43,905 nt of DNA from positions 1 to 43,905 of the IMG/VR virus record IMGVR_UViG_3300003973_000004. One strand, written 5' to 3'. Under the pieces are notes generated by a model that saw only the letters and a list, made by a program, of their open reading frames with translations, was not told the DNA's origin and ran no database searches. This document shows, piece after piece, positions 42,135-43,905 of the stretch. The translations under genes and the position numbers were made by a program. The stretch comes from a virus. Numbering within the stretch: position 1 is the first letter of the stretch; each line of letters opens with the position of its first letter.

Positions 42135-42980
42135 ATGAGCTTAGATATCCTGAATACCCTGATTGAAGATGTAGTCGCAGTACAGCACGTAGACATGACC
42201 GAAGAGTCCACGGGTGGCGGTGGTGCGTTAATGCCGGAAGGCTTCGCCATGGCTCGTATGGTAACGTACATTGAGTTGGGTATGCAGCCGCAAGAGTTCG
42301 GTGGTAAGGCGAAGGCACCTGCACCAGAAGTTATCCTGGGCTTCAAGCTGTTCGGTGGTCCTGATAACTGCTACGACGGTCGCTTCCTGAGTACCTTCCC
42401 AATCGCACTGGGTAACAACACCAAGGCAAATGCGAAGATTACCTTTGACCGACTGAACTGGCAGGGTAACATGAAGCACTTCGCACAGGCTTTAGGCAGG
42501 GGCTTCCTGGTCCCGGTGACTGTTCATACGAACGAAACCACTAAGAAGCAAAGTAACCGTCTGAATCTCAAGGGTATCCTTCCGCCTATTGACCCAGTAA
42601 GTAAAGGTGCGTATCCAATTCCGGAAGTAACCGCTGATGATTTGAAGTACTTCTTCTTCGACAAGCCAACTAAAGAGATGTGGGATAGCCTGTTCGTCGA
42701 GGGTACCTACGATGACGGCGGCAGCAAGAACAAGAACCAGGATAAGATTCTCACTGCGCTGAACTTCCCCGGCTCCCCACTGGAGCAGCTCATCTCTGGT
42801 GTAGTTCTGCCCGACCCGGGGAGCGTGCAGGCTGTACCCGCAAGTGATTCTGCATCGGTAACGCAAGCCGGAACTAGCGCGCCGGAAGTACCAGCAGCGA
42901 TTGGTCCGCAGTCTGCGCCAAGTGCTCCGGTAATGCCAAGTATGCCTGCTATGCCAGCAGCACCTGTAATGCCTAGCTGA
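42135..42980 (+). CDS. hypothetical protein (candidate ssDNA-binding protein by position only), Pro/Ala/Met-rich tail
   Basis: 281 aa, between the polymerase and exonuclease genes. C-terminus PSAPVMPSMPAMPAAPVMPS. Confidence 0.75.
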   Translation: MSLDILNTLIEDVVAVQHVDMTEESTGGGGALMPEGFAMARMVTYIELGMQPQEFGGKAKAPAPEVILGFKLFGGPDNCYDGRFLSTFPIALGNNTKANAKITFDRLNWQGNMKHFAQALGRGFLVPVTVHTNETTKKQSNRLNLKGILPPIDPVSKGAYPIPEVTADDLKYFFFDKPTKEMWDSLFVEGTYDDGGSKNKNQDKILTALNFPGSPLEQLISGVVLPDPGSVQAVPASDSASVTQAGTSAPEVPAAIGPQSAPSAPVMPSMPAMPAAPVMPS

Positions 42981-42984
42981 AAGG

Positions 42985-43167
42985 ATGAGTGGGATGGTTA
43001 TGCGTGTTATTAAGAAGGTGTGGGGTTTGCTGTGGATGGTGCCTGCCTTAGCAGGTATCTTCCTGTTTATGATTTGCCTTGCCCTCGGTAAGGGACCCAA
43101 GGTCACATCCATTTTACTAAAGGAATGGACGGATGCAACTAAACGAGTTATTAAACGAATTACCTGA
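42985..43167 (+). CDS. hypothetical small membrane protein
   Basis: 60 aa with TMD VWGLLWMVPALAGIFLFMICLAL. Confidence 0.6.
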   Translation: MSGMVMRVIKKVWGLLWMVPALAGIFLFMICLALGKGPKVTSILLKEWTDATKRVIKRIT

Positions 43168-43905
43168 ACAATTCCCTCCCGCTGTGCCGGGGAGGGTTCT
43201 TCTCTTGGACTCAGACTTCGCCTGTTATCAAGCCGCCGCAACGGTTAAGAACTTAGACACAGCAGTGCGCCGATTCCAGACGCTAGTAGAAACACAGAGG
43301 TTCCTAGTAAATGCAGAGACCGTGGAAGTACACCTCACGCCATCTGGGTGCACTAAACAGCACCGTGATTGGTACCCTACTATCAAGCCATACCAAGCTA
43401 ACCGAGATGGGAAAGCAAAGCCCCCCCTCCTTCATCCACTCCGAAGTGCTATCCCACGGACGGGCTGGGATGCTCATTGGTCCGTGCATCCGTGGCTTGA
43501 CCGTGAAGCAGATGATGGTCTGATGATGAGTGCAGTGCTCCTCGGTGACCGGGCTGTGATGTGCTCAGGAGATAAAGACCTGAACATTACACCCGGCCCT
43601 CTCTGGGTTGCTGATGAGGGGCGAATTGATTATATTGAGGATAGGTTCGGGTGGATTAAACTCAAGCGCTCCGAGAGCACCACGAAGGTAGTAGGTCATG
43701 GCACGAAGTTCTTCTGGGCGCAGATGCTCATGGGGGATACTGCGGATAACGTCCAAGGTATCGTCAGGCTTAATGGGAAGACCTGTGGGGCGGTAGGAGC
43801 GTGGAATGCACTCAATGGTATTACCTCAGAAGCAGACGTCGCAGAGTTCGTCCTACGAGCGTATGTGGCAGCTAGTCAGAATCCACTCGCTGAGGCAGAG
43901 TGCTT
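43133..43905 (+). CDS. 5'-3' exonuclease (T7 gp6/FEN-like), 5' portion truncated by the window end (continues at 104..380)
   Basis: The blocks LLLDSDFACYQA, YQANRDG, READDGLM, SGDKDLNITP and GDTADNVQGI align by eye with T7 gp6 DGDWLVFQA, YKANR, EGDDVMG, SCDKDFKTIP and GDITDGYSGI. Confidence 0.85.
   Translation, partial: MQLNELLNELPEQFPPAVPGRVLLLDSDFACYQAAATVKNLDTAVRRFQTLVETQRFLVNAETVEVHLTPSGCTKQHRDWYPTIKPYQANRDGKAKPPLLHPLRSAIPRTGWDAHWSVHPWLDREADDGLMMSAVLLGDRAVMCSGDKDLNITPGPLWVADEGRIDYIEDRFGWIKLKRSESTTKVVGHGTKFFWAQMLMGDTADNVQGIVRLNGKTCGAVGAWNALNGITSEADVAEFVLRAYVAASQNPLAEAEC

Noticed and set aside
43803-43905. The 103-nt terminal duplication as the phage's direct terminal repeat.
   Set aside because: It lies inside the exonuclease coding frame, far from the promoter and repeat region where T7-group DTRs sit. 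It looks like an assembler circularisation overlap.

Overview
The window is a complete, circularly closed genome of a T7-supergroup podophage. The unit length is about 43,802 bp, because bases 1-103 are repeated exactly at 43803-43905 and the junction cuts through the exonuclease gene. All convincing genes lie on the + strand. The single-subunit RNA polymerase gene sits at the end of the DNA-metabolism block, directly upstream of the structural genes, which is the phiKMV/KP34-like gene order rather than the T7 order.

Reading biologically from the real genome start (about 28.5-29.1 kb):
- An A-depleted noncoding tract, which is the candidate terminal repeat or concatemer junction.
- Two or three sigma70-type early promoters.
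- About 20 small early genes. These include an Rmf/CrpP-like micro-protein, a 572-aa acidic orphan and a clan-MH zinc peptidase.
- The replication block: primase, helicase, family-A DNA polymerase, 5'-3' exonuclease, endonuclease VII, a metallophosphoesterase and a dATP/dGTP diphosphohydrolase-like protein.
- The RNA polymerase.
- The virion block: portal, scaffold, capsid, tail tubular A and B, three internal virion proteins and a tail fibre.
- Terminase small and large subunits.
- Two Ala-rich orphans.
- The lysis cassette: u-spanin, holin and SAR endolysin.
- A second receptor-binding protein.

Three paralogous HNH-AP2 homing endonucleases are inserted between essential genes.

The points most worth follow-up are:
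- A canonical tRNA-Tyr(GTA) sits between the capsid terminator and the tail genes.
- A four-copy T7-like promoter motif has one copy on the opposite strand. That copy fires into the roughly 470-nt A-depleted tract and would give a nearly U-free antisense RNA.
- An HExxH zincin-like motif lies inside the largest ejected internal virion protein.
- The second receptor-binding protein has a GH43-like beta-propeller signature rather than a beta-helix one.
- A 19-nt inverted repeat brackets the Rmf/CrpP-like early cassette.

All functional calls rest on motifs read by eye. No database search was run.
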